Of a stretch of DNA of 32,000 nt, positions 18,824 through 32,000 are shown one piece after another; within the stretch, counting starts at the first letter, position 1; each line of letters starts with the position of its first letter. The stretch lies in the NCBI RefSeq assembly GCF_053903005.1, contig NZ_AP045057.1, one strand, 5' to 3'. Below the pieces are notes generated by a model, which made no database searches, was not told where the DNA came from, and saw nothing but the letters and a program-made list of their open reading frames with translations. The position numbers were made by a program, and so were the translations under genes.

Positions 18824-19912
18824 ATGAAAAGGCATAGAAACGTCAATTTGTTATTGATGTTGGTATTACTCGTGGCCGTCGGTCAGATGGCGCAAACCAT
18901 TTATATTCCAGCTATTGCCGATATGGCGCGCGATCTCAACGTCCGTGAAGGGGCGGTGCAGAGCGTAATGGGCGCTTATCTGCTGACTTACGGTGTCTCA
19001 CAGCTGTTTTATGGCCCAATTTCCGACCGTGTGGGTCGCCGACCGGTGATCCTCGTCGGAATGTCCATTTTTATGCTGGCAACGCTGGTCGCGGTCACGA
19101 CCTCCAGTTTGACAGTATTGATTGCCGCCAGCGCGATGCAGGGGATGGGCACCGGCGTTGGCGGCGTAATGGCGCGTACTTTGCCGCGTGATTTATATGA
19201 ACGGACACAGTTGCGCCATGCTAATAGCCTGTTAAACATGGGAATTCTTGTCAGTCCGTTGCTCGCACCGCTAATCGGCGGTCTGCTGGATACGATGTGG
19301 AACTGGCGCGCCTGTTATCTCTTTTTGTTGGTACTTTGTGCCGGTGTGACCTTCAGTATGGCCCGCTGGATGCCAGAAACGCGTCCGGTCGACGCACCGC
19401 GCACACGCCTGCTTACCAGTTATAAAACGCTTTTCGGTAACAGCGGTTTTAACTGTTATTTGCTGATGCTGATTGGCGGTCTGGCCGGGATTGCCGCCTT
19501 TGAAGCCTGCTCCGGCGTGCTGATGGGCGCGGTGTTAGGGCTGAGCAGTATGACGGTCAGTATTTTGTTTATTCTGCCGATTCCGGCGGCATTTTTTGGG
19601 GCATGGTTTGGCGTGATGAATGTCTGGACGCTGCTCGTTCCCGCCGCGCTGTTCTTTTTCGGTGCCGGGATGCTGTTTCCGCTGGCGACCAGCGGCGCGA
19701 TGGAACCGTTCCCCTTCCTGGCGGGCACGGCTGGCGCGCTGGTCGGCGGTCTGCAAAACATTGGTTCCGGCGTGCTGGCGTCGCTCTCTGCGATGTTGCC
19801 GCAAACCGGTCAGGGCAGCCTGGGGTTGTTGATGACCTTAATGGGATTGTTGATCGTGCTGTGCTGGCTACCGCTGGCGACGCGGATGTCGCATCAGGGG
19901 CAGCCCGTTTAA
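18824..19912 (+). CDS. emrD: Multidrug efflux MFS transporter EmrD with apparent internal in-frame deletion
   Basis: MKRHRNVNLLLMLVLLVAVGQMAQTIYIPAIADMARDLNV...; 362 aa against 394 aa expected. Sequence runs ...PAAFFGAWF|GVMNVWTLLVP..., missing a segment. Confidence 0.92.
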   Translation: MKRHRNVNLLLMLVLLVAVGQMAQTIYIPAIADMARDLNVREGAVQSVMGAYLLTYGVSQLFYGPISDRVGRRPVILVGMSIFMLATLVAVTTSSLTVLIAASAMQGMGTGVGGVMARTLPRDLYERTQLRHANSLLNMGILVSPLLAPLIGGLLDTMWNWRACYLFLLVLCAGVTFSMARWMPETRPVDAPRTRLLTSYKTLFGNSGFNCYLLMLIGGLAGIAAFEACSGVLMGAVLGLSSMTVSILFILPIPAAFFGAWFGVMNVWTLLVPAALFFFGAGMLFPLATSGAMEPFPFLAGTAGALVGGLQNIGSGVLASLSAMLPQTGQGSLGLLMTLMGLLIVLCWLPLATRMSHQGQPV

Positions 19913-19919
19913 GCTCACG

Positions 19920-20417
19920 TCACCGCAGCATCGTCATCAGCTCCATGGGAGAACGATGCTGCTTTATCAGATCACGCATCACCCGCATATGCGGTGCGGA
20001 GTAAGAATAAAACGCCTGATAGCCCGCACATAGCACGCTGTCTGGCGTCTCCTCCCGAGCGTGCGGGCACAGCCGATGCCAGTCGCACGCCTGGCAGCCA
20101 CGGCGCGGTTGCGGGTTTTCGCTGCCACACCATTTTTGTAATGTGGCGTCAAAAAGCTCAATCGAGATACGACTGATATCTGCCCGCACCCAACACTCAA
20201 ACAGGGCAATTAAAAATTTCCCCCACAGCTCTGCTGTCACCGAAGCGGCCGTCAGATCGCCCCGGTCATCAAATTCAAGATGGGGAATGAGCTGTACGGA
20301 GCGGATACCCCGTTGTTTGAAATTGTGATAAAAATCGGCAGGTTGCAGAGCATCCTTGTACTCTACAACCAGTTTATGCCTGTCCTCTTCAGCATCAATG
20401 ACCTGACTTCCTGTCAT
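19920..20417 (-). CDS. yidF: YidF, short protein resembling a C-terminal (SPASM-like) part of an anaerobic sulfatase maturase
   Basis: 165 aa; Cys cluster 'GCQACDWHRLCPHAREETPDSVLCAG'; recognised YidF; no radical SAM CxxxCxxC domain. Confidence 0.82.
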   Translation of the reverse strand: MTGSQVIDAEEDRHKLVVEYKDALQPADFYHNFKQRGIRSVQLIPHLEFDDRGDLTAASVTAELWGKFLIALFECWVRADISRISIELFDATLQKWCGSENPQPRRGCQACDWHRLCPHAREETPDSVLCAGYQAFYSYSAPHMRVMRDLIKQHRSPMELMTMLR

Positions 20418-20776
20418 GCGACTCTCTCAATAAATACGATAAGTTGATGTATATGCGTTACAGCAAACAGTATTGCGAGAGATAACACCGCGAGGGAGAT
20501 CAAAAATTTGTCACGGACTACGTGAAATTGGGAAAAATCGCTATTCGTGACATCCATTAAATTGCGATTACGGGTGTAGTGCCAGAGGATCAGCGCCACG
20601 ATGGCGAGAATGCCAATCGAAATCCAGAATAACATGCCCGCCTGGTGCCAGTTGTGTTTGATAGCCAACGCCATCAACGCGCCGTAGCCCAGCATGGTAC
20701 GAAACCACGCCAGTGATGTGCGCTCCGGCTGCAGTCCTGGGTCGGCAATGCGTCTGGCTTTGCGGCTATCCGGCAT
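20414..20776 (-). CDS. yidG: DUF202 inner membrane protein YidG
   Basis: 120 aa, 'ERTSLAWFRTMLGYGALMALAIKHNWHQAGM'. Confidence 0.9.
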   Translation of the reverse strand: MPDSRKARRIADPGLQPERTSLAWFRTMLGYGALMALAIKHNWHQAGMLFWISIGILAIVALILWHYTRNRNLMDVTNSDFSQFHVVRDKFLISLAVLSLAILFAVTHIHQLIVFIERVA

Positions 20777-21113
20777 ACAACACCAGTCCCATAACGATCA
20801 CCGCCACGACCATCAATATTAAGCTAATGATTAATAAGCTGTTGGTGTAGGGCAGGTCCTCTTTCAGACGCATCGCTTTTTCATTGCGTAACCAGCGCAA
20901 GTAGCCATACATCGCTAACCCGCCGGAAAACAGACACAACAACAACGCCAGCAGTTCGCGAATGACGGGCGTGGCGAAATCTGGCGCAAGTTGATCAAGC
21001 CCAACCCCCGCCGCCAGAAATCCTAGTGCAGTACGGATCCACGCCAGAAAAGTACGCTCATTAGCCAGCGAGAAGCGGTAATCAGGCGCTTCTCCGAGGC
21101 GGGAAATTTTCAT
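20766..21113 (-). CDS. yidH: DUF202 inner membrane protein YidH
   Basis: 115 aa, 'ANERTFLAWIRTALGFLAAGVGLDQL'. Confidence 0.9.
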   Translation of the reverse strand: MKISRLGEAPDYRFSLANERTFLAWIRTALGFLAAGVGLDQLAPDFATPVIRELLALLLCLFSGGLAMYGYLRWLRNEKAMRLKEDLPYTNSLLIISLILMVVAVIVMGLVLYAG

Positions 21114-21220
21114 TGTTGCTCCTTTGCAATTTCACTAACGCTCTACCTTTAGCGGTTTTTTTAAGAATTTCGTCCGCCCGTTTCCTGATATGCTTTTGCC
21201 ATCCGCTACAAGGAGGTCAG

Positions 21221-21670
21221 ATGGGTATCATAGCGCAAAATAAAATCAGTTCATTGGGCATGCTGTTCGGTGCCATCGCTTTAATGATGGGGATTATCCA
21301 CTTTTCATTCGGCCCTTTCTCCGCACCACCGCCAACGTTTGAAAGCATCGTGGCGGACAAAACGGCTGAAATTAAAAGAGGTCTTCTCGCCGGAATAAAA
21401 GGCGAAAAAATTACCACCGTGGAGAAAAAAGAGGACGTAGATGTCGATAAAATCCTCAATCAAAGCGGTATCGCACTGGCCATTGCTGCGCTACTTTGCG
21501 CATTTATTGGCGGTATGCGTAAGGAAAATCGCTGGGGCATTCGCGGCGCGCTGGTTTTTGGCGGCGGGACGCTGGCTTTCCATACCTTGCTTTTTGGTAT
21601 CGGCATCGTGTGCAGCATTTTGCTGATATTCCTTATCTTTTCCTTCCTGACCGGCGGTTCACTGGTTTAA
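21221..21670 (+). CDS. yidI: Putative inner membrane protein YidI
   Basis: 149 aa from MGIIAQNKISSLGMLFGAIALMMGIIHFSF; ATG preceded by AAGGAGG; hydrophobic segments. Confidence 0.88.
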   Translation: MGIIAQNKISSLGMLFGAIALMMGIIHFSFGPFSAPPPTFESIVADKTAEIKRGLLAGIKGEKITTVEKKEDVDVDKILNQSGIALAIAALLCAFIGGMRKENRWGIRGALVFGGGTLAFHTLLFGIGIVCSILLIFLIFSFLTGGSLV

Positions 21671-21681
21671 GCAGCCTGAAT

Positions 21682-21712
21682 AATGCCCGCCGGGTGATCA
21701 TCAGCGGGCATT
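21682..21712. terminator. Bidirectional hairpin between yidI and yidJ
   Basis: AATGCCCGC-N13-GCGGGCATT between convergent genes. Confidence 0.6.
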
Positions 21713-21716
21713 ATCG

Positions 21717-23210
21717 TCAGAACTTCTGTTTTTTCTCCTCCACCTTCACCCCTTGTGTCGGTAGGCCGGTGTCATAGTCGCGTACAACTGGCGAATAGCC
21801 ATCTTGTGGACGTGGACGAAACGCCCCCATCCAGCGCGGCCGTGCATCTTTACGCCACGGACGCAGACTCCATTGGTAACTGCGGAACGGATCGCGAATT
21901 TTGTCCATGTAATCCAATAAGGCGTCATGCATTTTGCTGCGAACGTCTGCAAAACGGATATCATCGATCAGGTTATGCATTTCATTTGGGTCATTACGGC
22001 GATCGTAAAGTTCATCACTGGTGAAGAGGTTGAGTACCAGTTTAAAGTCATCCGTCACCCAGCAACGCACCGGAATAAAACCGCCAAAGCTGTCATGCTC
22101 AATCTCGTAGCGGTTAAATTCCACCATCACGCCGCGTGGCTCTTTCACGGCAAGGATATTTTCCCCCGGCAGAATCTCTGGTTTTTCAATATCTGCCAGC
22201 GCCATCATTGTCGGCAGTAAATCGATATGACTGACTGGCGTATCGACCTGTCGCCGCTCCCCTTGCGGCGAACGGATGATCAGCGGAATGCGGGTGATGT
22301 CGTCATACATCGCCGCTCCTTTACTGATCAGCTTATGTGCGCCCATCATTTCGCCGTGATCGGATGTATAAATAACCCACGTATTTTCACGTTGCTCTGG
22401 CGTTAAGGCATTGATGACCCGTCCGATTTGGTCATCAACAAAGTCATTGCAGGCAAAATAGAGCGGATGGTGATAAAGCCCGCCATCACCGACTGGCGAT
22501 GGCATCGCCTGCGCCCATAAGCGGTGATGTTCCGGTTTGTTAGCCAGGTCATCCTGTGCTTTCTCGCCCAGCTCGTAGTAAAAATCAGCGTATTTCTCTA
22601 AATACTCCACCGGACAGGTGAACGGGTGATGCGGCTCATCATACGAAACCACCATCAGGAAGGGTTCCTCGGCGCGCGCGGGCTGTTGCAGAAAATCTAC
22701 CGCCCGATTGCTGATGCGGTGCGCCCAGGTGAAGGTTCCGTCGATATGGTTCGCCTGTAAATCCTCAACGCTGTTTAGGCCATTGCGCCACAGGCTGATC
22801 TCTTTTTCCGTCAGTTCGCTAAGGTAGTTCGCCCCATCGAACCAGTAATCAGCGTCCCACTCCGGCGGACACTCGCCAGTGCCGAAATAGTCATGACCGT
22901 CGAGATGCCATTTGCCGATGTAACAGGTGTGATAGCCGGCATCCTTAAAGTAGCGCCCCATAGTGGAGATGTTTTTGCCTGGCGCGACGTTGTTGGTCCA
23001 CGGGCCGGACTGGTTAGCGTAGATACCGGTAAATAGTCCGGCGCGTGCAGGCGTACAAACCGGTGAACAGGTGTAGGCGGAATTAAAGCGAATACCTTCC
23101 GCCGCCAGACTATCAATATTTTGCGTATTCAGCGGTTTACCGCTATAGCAACCGACCATATTGGTGGCCTGGGTATCGGTCATGATGAACAGAAAATTGG
23201 GGCGTTTCAT
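21717..23210 (-). CDS. yidJ: Sulfatase family protein YidJ
   Basis: 497 aa; N-terminal 'MTDTQATNMVGCY', Cys-type formylglycine motif 'CTPARAGLFTG', 'YTSDHGEMMGAH'. Confidence 0.92.
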   Translation of the reverse strand: MKRPNFLFIMTDTQATNMVGCYSGKPLNTQNIDSLAAEGIRFNSAYTCSPVCTPARAGLFTGIYANQSGPWTNNVAPGKNISTMGRYFKDAGYHTCYIGKWHLDGHDYFGTGECPPEWDADYWFDGANYLSELTEKEISLWRNGLNSVEDLQANHIDGTFTWAHRISNRAVDFLQQPARAEEPFLMVVSYDEPHHPFTCPVEYLEKYADFYYELGEKAQDDLANKPEHHRLWAQAMPSPVGDGGLYHHPLYFACNDFVDDQIGRVINALTPEQRENTWVIYTSDHGEMMGAHKLISKGAAMYDDITRIPLIIRSPQGERRQVDTPVSHIDLLPTMMALADIEKPEILPGENILAVKEPRGVMVEFNRYEIEHDSFGGFIPVRCWVTDDFKLVLNLFTSDELYDRRNDPNEMHNLIDDIRFADVRSKMHDALLDYMDKIRDPFRSYQWSLRPWRKDARPRWMGAFRPRPQDGYSPVVRDYDTGLPTQGVKVEEKKQKF

Positions 23211-24922
23211 AGGCTATCCTTCGCGTCGGGAGTAAAGGTTACGGCTGGGTCGTGACGATGCCGCCAGCTGTCAAAAATCAGGTAGACAATCACTACGGCG
23301 GCAATGAAATAACTGATCATCGCTAACCAGCGCGTACCGTAGCCGCCGAATTCAGCCAGCCCGGCATAGACGCCAATCATCGCGAACAGGATGCCAATTG
23401 ACGCGATCTTGACGTTTCTCCACGGTTTCATGTCCACCGCAAACGCATCTTTGAAGGTGAACGGCGTGGCGCGCGGTTTGATAAAACCGATCACCAGCAT
23501 CACGACCACGTTGATGCAGAACGTACAGGCCAGCACATAGAGGAAATGGAAGTCGAACTTCACCAGATAGTTGATGGTGATGTAGCTGATTATGCCAATC
23601 CCCATCGCCACTTTTGCCGCCAGCGCCGGGATGCGCGGGAAGAAAAAGCCCATAATGATGATGGTAACCAGCGGCACGTTGTAAATGCCGTTGAGCTGTT
23701 TCATCCAGCTATACAGCCCCTGCGGCGCGTTGGCGATCCACGGCGCGACCAGCACCGAAACGATAGCGATAAAGAAACCAAATTTGCGCCCGACGGTGAC
23801 CAGCTGCTGCGGCTCGGCATTCTGGTTAATGATGCGACGGTAAATACCCATACTGAATAACGTACTGGCGCTATTCAGAAAGCCGTTGAAGGTACTGATC
23901 ACCGCACCAAATAACACCGCGCCGAAGAAACCCACCATTGGCACTGGCAGAACGTTATTGACCAGCGTCGGGTAGGCCATGTCGGCTTTCGGTAAATCCT
24001 GATACAGATGAAACGCAATCAACCCTGGCAGCACCAGTACCAGCGGGTCGAGCATTTTCAGCACCGCCGTTAACAGCGCCCCCTTTTGCCCTTCCGCCAG
24101 GCTTTTTGACGCCAGCGTGCGTTGCACGATGCCCTGATTTGTACACCAGTAAAAGGTGTTCACCAGAATCAAACCGGTAAATGCCGCGCCAATCGGCAAG
24201 GGATCGGTCGGGCCACCGATTGAGTTTAATTTCTCGGCGTGAACGGTGGTGAGTTGCTCAATGCCCTGCATAAAGCTGCCCTTGCCCATCGCGATCAGGC
24301 CAAATACCGGCACCATCAACCCGCCGATAACCAGCCCAATACCGTTGATGGAGTCCGCCACTGCCATTGCGCGCAGTCCGCCGATCACCGCATACAAAAT
24401 TCCCGCCAGACCAAGCAAAATTACCAGTAGCCAGATAGCCGCACCGTGAGAAATCTGTAGCGATTCCCCGACGTGAAACAGGCTGTTGAGCGCCAACGCG
24501 CCGGAGTAGAGAACAATCGGCAGAAAGCAGACGCCGGTGGCAATGAGGAAGCAGAAGTCGATGATAATACGCGTCGTTTTATCATAACGTTCCTCCAGAA
24601 AATCGGGGATGGTGGCAATGCCGCGCTTCAGATAGCGCGGTAAAAAGATTAGCGCGAGGAAGATCAGCGTCACCGCTGAAGTCACTTCCCAGCCCATCAC
24701 CGACATGCCGCTTTTGTAGGCCTGCCCGGAAAGGCCGACCAGTTGTTCCGTGGAAAGGTTGGTTAGCATTAACGAAGCGGCAATAACCGGCGCTTTTAGT
24801 GAACGTCCGGCAAGAAAATAGCCTTGTTGCGATCCGGTATCTGTTTTGCGGACCTTCCACCAGGTGATCACCGCCACCAGCAGCGTAAAACCGACAAAAC
24901 TCAAGATTTGTAACGAATTCAT
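23207..24922 (-). CDS. yidK: SLC5/SSS family sodium:solute symporter YidK
   Basis: 571 aa; multiple TM helices; 'LSTEQLVGLSGQAYKSG', 'NGLGLVIGG'-type SSS region; coupled to yidJ by a 4-nt overlap. Confidence 0.92.
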   Translation of the reverse strand: MNSLQILSFVGFTLLVAVITWWKVRKTDTGSQQGYFLAGRSLKAPVIAASLMLTNLSTEQLVGLSGQAYKSGMSVMGWEVTSAVTLIFLALIFLPRYLKRGIATIPDFLEERYDKTTRIIIDFCFLIATGVCFLPIVLYSGALALNSLFHVGESLQISHGAAIWLLVILLGLAGILYAVIGGLRAMAVADSINGIGLVIGGLMVPVFGLIAMGKGSFMQGIEQLTTVHAEKLNSIGGPTDPLPIGAAFTGLILVNTFYWCTNQGIVQRTLASKSLAEGQKGALLTAVLKMLDPLVLVLPGLIAFHLYQDLPKADMAYPTLVNNVLPVPMVGFFGAVLFGAVISTFNGFLNSASTLFSMGIYRRIINQNAEPQQLVTVGRKFGFFIAIVSVLVAPWIANAPQGLYSWMKQLNGIYNVPLVTIIIMGFFFPRIPALAAKVAMGIGIISYITINYLVKFDFHFLYVLACTFCINVVVMLVIGFIKPRATPFTFKDAFAVDMKPWRNVKIASIGILFAMIGVYAGLAEFGGYGTRWLAMISYFIAAVVIVYLIFDSWRHRHDPAVTFTPDAKDSL

Positions 24923-25025
24923 CTCATAGCCCTTATTTATGTTTATGTCCCGGACGCATGAATATAGGGAGAGGTAAAATGCGTCGGGTCAGGCAGTCAG
25001 ATTCTTAAAATACAAACATCTTATC

Positions 25026-25056
25026 CCTGAACGGATTGTTTTCTGTTAAGTTCAGG
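25026..25056. promoter_or_regulatory. Inverted repeat CCTGAAC-N17-GTTCAGG in the yidK/yidL divergent promoter region
   Basis: Perfect 7-bp dyad in the short intergenic region upstream of the AraC-family gene. Confidence 0.45.
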
Positions 25057-25088
25057 TTGTGAGCATAATTCGCCGAAGGGATATTAAA

Positions 25089-28917
<3,829 letters not shown>

Positions 28918-29212
28918 TTCCACATCCTCTTTTCTCAATTCTGTAAGTAGGAAGCCTGATTGGTTATGCGGCAGGCCTGGAGCGAGGATAGGAAGATGCG
29001 ATCGGCAGAACATGACGACCCAGTGGGATTCGTGATCGCTTTCATGCTTTTCGTTGGGCGGTAGAGATCTACGTTTTCGCAAAAAAGTAGACATCTGTGA
29101 GCACAGGTACACAGCATCGAACACATCTTTAAAAAAAAGATTTTTTTTCAATCGATTAAGCAGAACTTGTGGGCGCATTACCCGGGCTTGCAGGCAAAAA
29201 AGAGATCTAGAG

Positions 29213-29929
29213 ATGATCTACAAAAGCATTGCGGAGCGATTAAGAATTCGACTTAATTCCGCAGATTTCACGCTAAACAGCCTTCTTCCCGGTGAAAAAA
29301 AGCTGGCGGAAGAATTTGCGGTATCGCGGATGACCATCCGTAAAGCCATTGACCTTCTGGTGGCGTGGGGGCTGGTGGTCCGCCGCCACGGCAGCGGTAC
29401 TTACCTGGTGCGTAAAGATGTATTGCATCAAACCGCCAGCCTGACCGGGCTGGTGGAGGTGTTAAAACGCCAGGGAAAAACGGTCACCAGCCAGGTGCTG
29501 ATTTTTGAAATCATGCCTGCGCCTCCGGCCATTGCCAGCCAGTTACGGATTCAAATCAACGAGCAGATCTACTTCTCCCGTCGCGTTCGTTTTGTGGAAG
29601 GGAAACCGCTGATGCTGGAAGACAGCTATATGCCGGTAAAACTGTTCCGCAACCTATCGCTGCAACATCTGGAAGGGTCGAAGTTTGAATATATTGAACA
29701 AGAGTGCGGGATTCTGATTGGCGGTAATTATGAAAGCCTGACGCCGGTGCTCGCCGATAGACTGCTGGCGCGGCAAATGAAGGTAGCGGAACACACGCCA
29801 CTGCTGCGGATCACCTCGTTGTCATATAGCGAGAGCGGGGAGTTTTTGAATTATTCAGTGATGTTCAGAAATGCCAGCGAATACCAGGTGGAGTACCATT
29901 TACGGCGACTCCACCCGGAGAAGAGTTAA
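29213..29929 (+). CDS. yidP: GntR/HutC-family transcriptional regulator YidP
   Basis: 238 aa from [53 protein letters not shown]; UTRA C-terminal domain. Confidence 0.92.
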
Positions 29930-31587
29930 CCGATACTCCAGAAGAGCACCGCCAGTAATTGGGGGGTGATAATGCGCAGGAACATCACCAACGGATAGAC
30001 AGTGGCGTAAGAGAGCGCCGCCGCACCGCTCGTTGGATGAAGATTATTAGCAAACGCCAGCGCCGGTGGATCGGTCATGGAGCCAGCCAGCATCCCGCAC
30101 ATGGTCAGGTAATTCATTTTGGCTAACATCCGCGCCAGAATACCAACAGTAATCAGCGGAACGGCGGTGATCAGCGCACCATAACCAATCCAGCTTAGCC
30201 CTTCGCCATTGACCAGGGTATTCACAAAATCCCCACCAGATTTCAGCCCCACTACCGAGAGGAACAGTACGATCCCCAGCTCCCGCAGCGCGAGGTTGGC
30301 GCTTGGCGGCATAAACCAGTACAGCTTACCGATACTGCCGATACGCCCGAGGATCAACGCCATAATCAGCGGACCGCCCGCCAGCCCCAGTTTCAACGCG
30401 GCCGGGAATCCCGGCACAAAGACGGGAATAGAGCCTAACAATACGCCAAGCCCGATACCAATAAACACCGGCAACATCTGAACCTGTTGCAGTTTTTGCT
30501 GCGCATTCCCCAGCACATTGGCAACGGCATCAATTGCGGACGGACGCCCCACCAGGTTGAGAATATCGCCGAACTGCAGGCTGATATCGCCACTGGCAAC
30601 CAGTTCGACCCCGGCACGGTTCAGGCGCGAGATAACAACGTCATAGCGTTCTTTAAAGTGCAGGTCGCGAATACGCTTACCAAGCACGTTTTCATTGGTG
30701 ACCACCACACGCTCGACGCGTAAATCAGTGCCTTTCGTGGACAGCGAGGTATCGACCTCCTGACCAATCACCAGTTGCGCATTATGTAAATCCGCTGGCT
30801 GCCCCACCAGATGCAGCAAATCGCCCAGTTGGATAATGGTATCTGGCGAAGGTACTTTTAGGGTTTCTTCGCGTTTCAGACGCGAGCAGATAATTTTGTC
30901 GCCGTTGAGAATCGGTACATCTTTAATGGCTAAATCATGCAGGTTAGGGTTCTCAACGCGAATATTGATAGTCCTGATCAGCGCGCCGCCATTGGTGCGT
31001 GAAGACTCGTGCTGCTGGGCTTCGGTCTCGACATTGACGCGGAAAATAACCCGCAACATCCACATGGTGAACAAAATCCCGCAAATGCCGAATGGATACG
31101 CCATCGCGTAACTCATCCCCATCTGATCGACCATTTCCATTGGTGTACCCAGGTCGCGCAAGATCTGCTGCCCTGCCCCCAGCGCTGGCGTATTGGTTAC
31201 CGCACCGGAGAAAATCCCCAGCACTACCGGCAGTGGAATATCAAACAGTTTATGCAGGATGGCGGTAACCAGACCACCGATGATGACGATCAGAACAGCA
31301 AACAGGTTGAGGCGTAATCCGGAGACGCGCAATGAGGCAAAGAAGCCCGGACCCACCTGAATCCCGATGGTATAAACGAACAGGATCAGGCCAAATTCCT
31401 GAATAACATGCAGCATATCGCTACTTAATGTCATCCCCGCCTGAGAAACAAAATGGCCGACGATGATCCCACCAAACAGCACGCCGCCAATACCTAATCC
31501 TATGCCGCGAAATTTGACGTTGCCGATAAACAAACCGACGACTGCCACCAAAGCCAGAATACTGACCGTTAATGCTATATCACTCAT
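29926..31587 (-). CDS. yidE: Putative AspT/YidE-family transporter with RCK_C domains
   Basis: 553 aa from [30 protein letters not shown]; two YidE/AspT duplication halves with central TrkA-C-like region. Confidence 0.93.
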
Positions 31588-31734
31588 CGTCCATTTCTCT
31601 TGAGATAACATTTTAATTGCTACGGATTATGGCTGAATCGGTGAAGCAGATTTGCCTTATAGCGCACATTATCACGGGAAAGAACGTGCCGAAATATCTT
31701 AAACAGGCGAAAATTAACGCATTGTTGAAGAAGA

Positions 31735-31769
31735 AAGACAAAAAAAGCCCCACCAGAATGGCGGGGCAA
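31735..31769 (-). terminator. ibpAB operon terminator
   Basis: Reverse strand GCCCCGCCATTCTGGTGGGGC followed by T7 just downstream of the ibpB stop. Confidence 0.85.
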
Positions 31770-31782
31770 AGAGAATAGCTAG

Positions 31783-32000
31783 TTAGCTATTTAACGCGGG
31801 ACGTTCGCTGATAGCGATACGCTGCGCTGCGATGGGTTCAGGCTCATTACGAATTAAATCAATATGCAGTAAACCGTTTACGAAGGTTGCACCAGAGACT
31901 TCCATATTTTCAGCCAGCGTAAAGCTCAGGCTAAATGGCTGATTCATAAGCCCTTGATGCAGCCATTTTTTCTCTTCTTTTGGCTGCTCCGGCGTGCCTT
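31783..32000 (-). CDS. ibpB: Small heat shock protein IbpB, C-terminal part (truncated by window edge)
   Basis: Reverse-strand translation ends ...[42 protein letters not shown]. Confidence 0.94.

Noticed and set aside
29130-29160. AAAAAAAAGATTTTTTTT symmetrical A/T run upstream of yidP
   Set aside because: Low-complexity homopolymer dyad; not enough information to call a terminator or operator.

Overview
This window looks like an Escherichia coli-type chromosomal segment. By recognition of the protein sequences, the backbone order is nepI - yicN - adeQ(yicO) / ade - [IS200] - uhpT-uhpC-uhpB-uhpA - [two-gene accessory island] - ilvN-ilvB-ivbL - istR/tisB - emrD - yidF-yidG-yidH / yidI - yidJ-yidK / yidL - glvG-glvCB / yidP - yidE - ibpB (partial). 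Four things stand out from this backbone: (i) the edge-truncated N-terminus of an intimin/invasin-like inverse autotransporter with a LysM-like segment, absent from the supplied ORF track; (ii) a RelE/HigB-like toxin plus HTH antitoxin gene pair between nepI and yicN; (iii) an IS200-type element immediately after ade; (iv) an AT-rich ~3.3 kb island between uhpA and ilvN. The island carries two adjacent, divergent paralogous proteins (496-aa and 435-aa ORFs) that I cannot assign to a known family. An exact 18-bp direct repeat brackets the second gene. The island is the best candidate for something undescribed. Other notable points are an apparent 32-codon in-frame deletion in emrD (compared with K-12 EmrD from memory), intact full-length glvG and fused glvCB, and a sulfatase/transporter locus whose neighbouring YidF looks like a maturase fragment. 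Comparisons with K-12 are from memory and need alignment to confirm.
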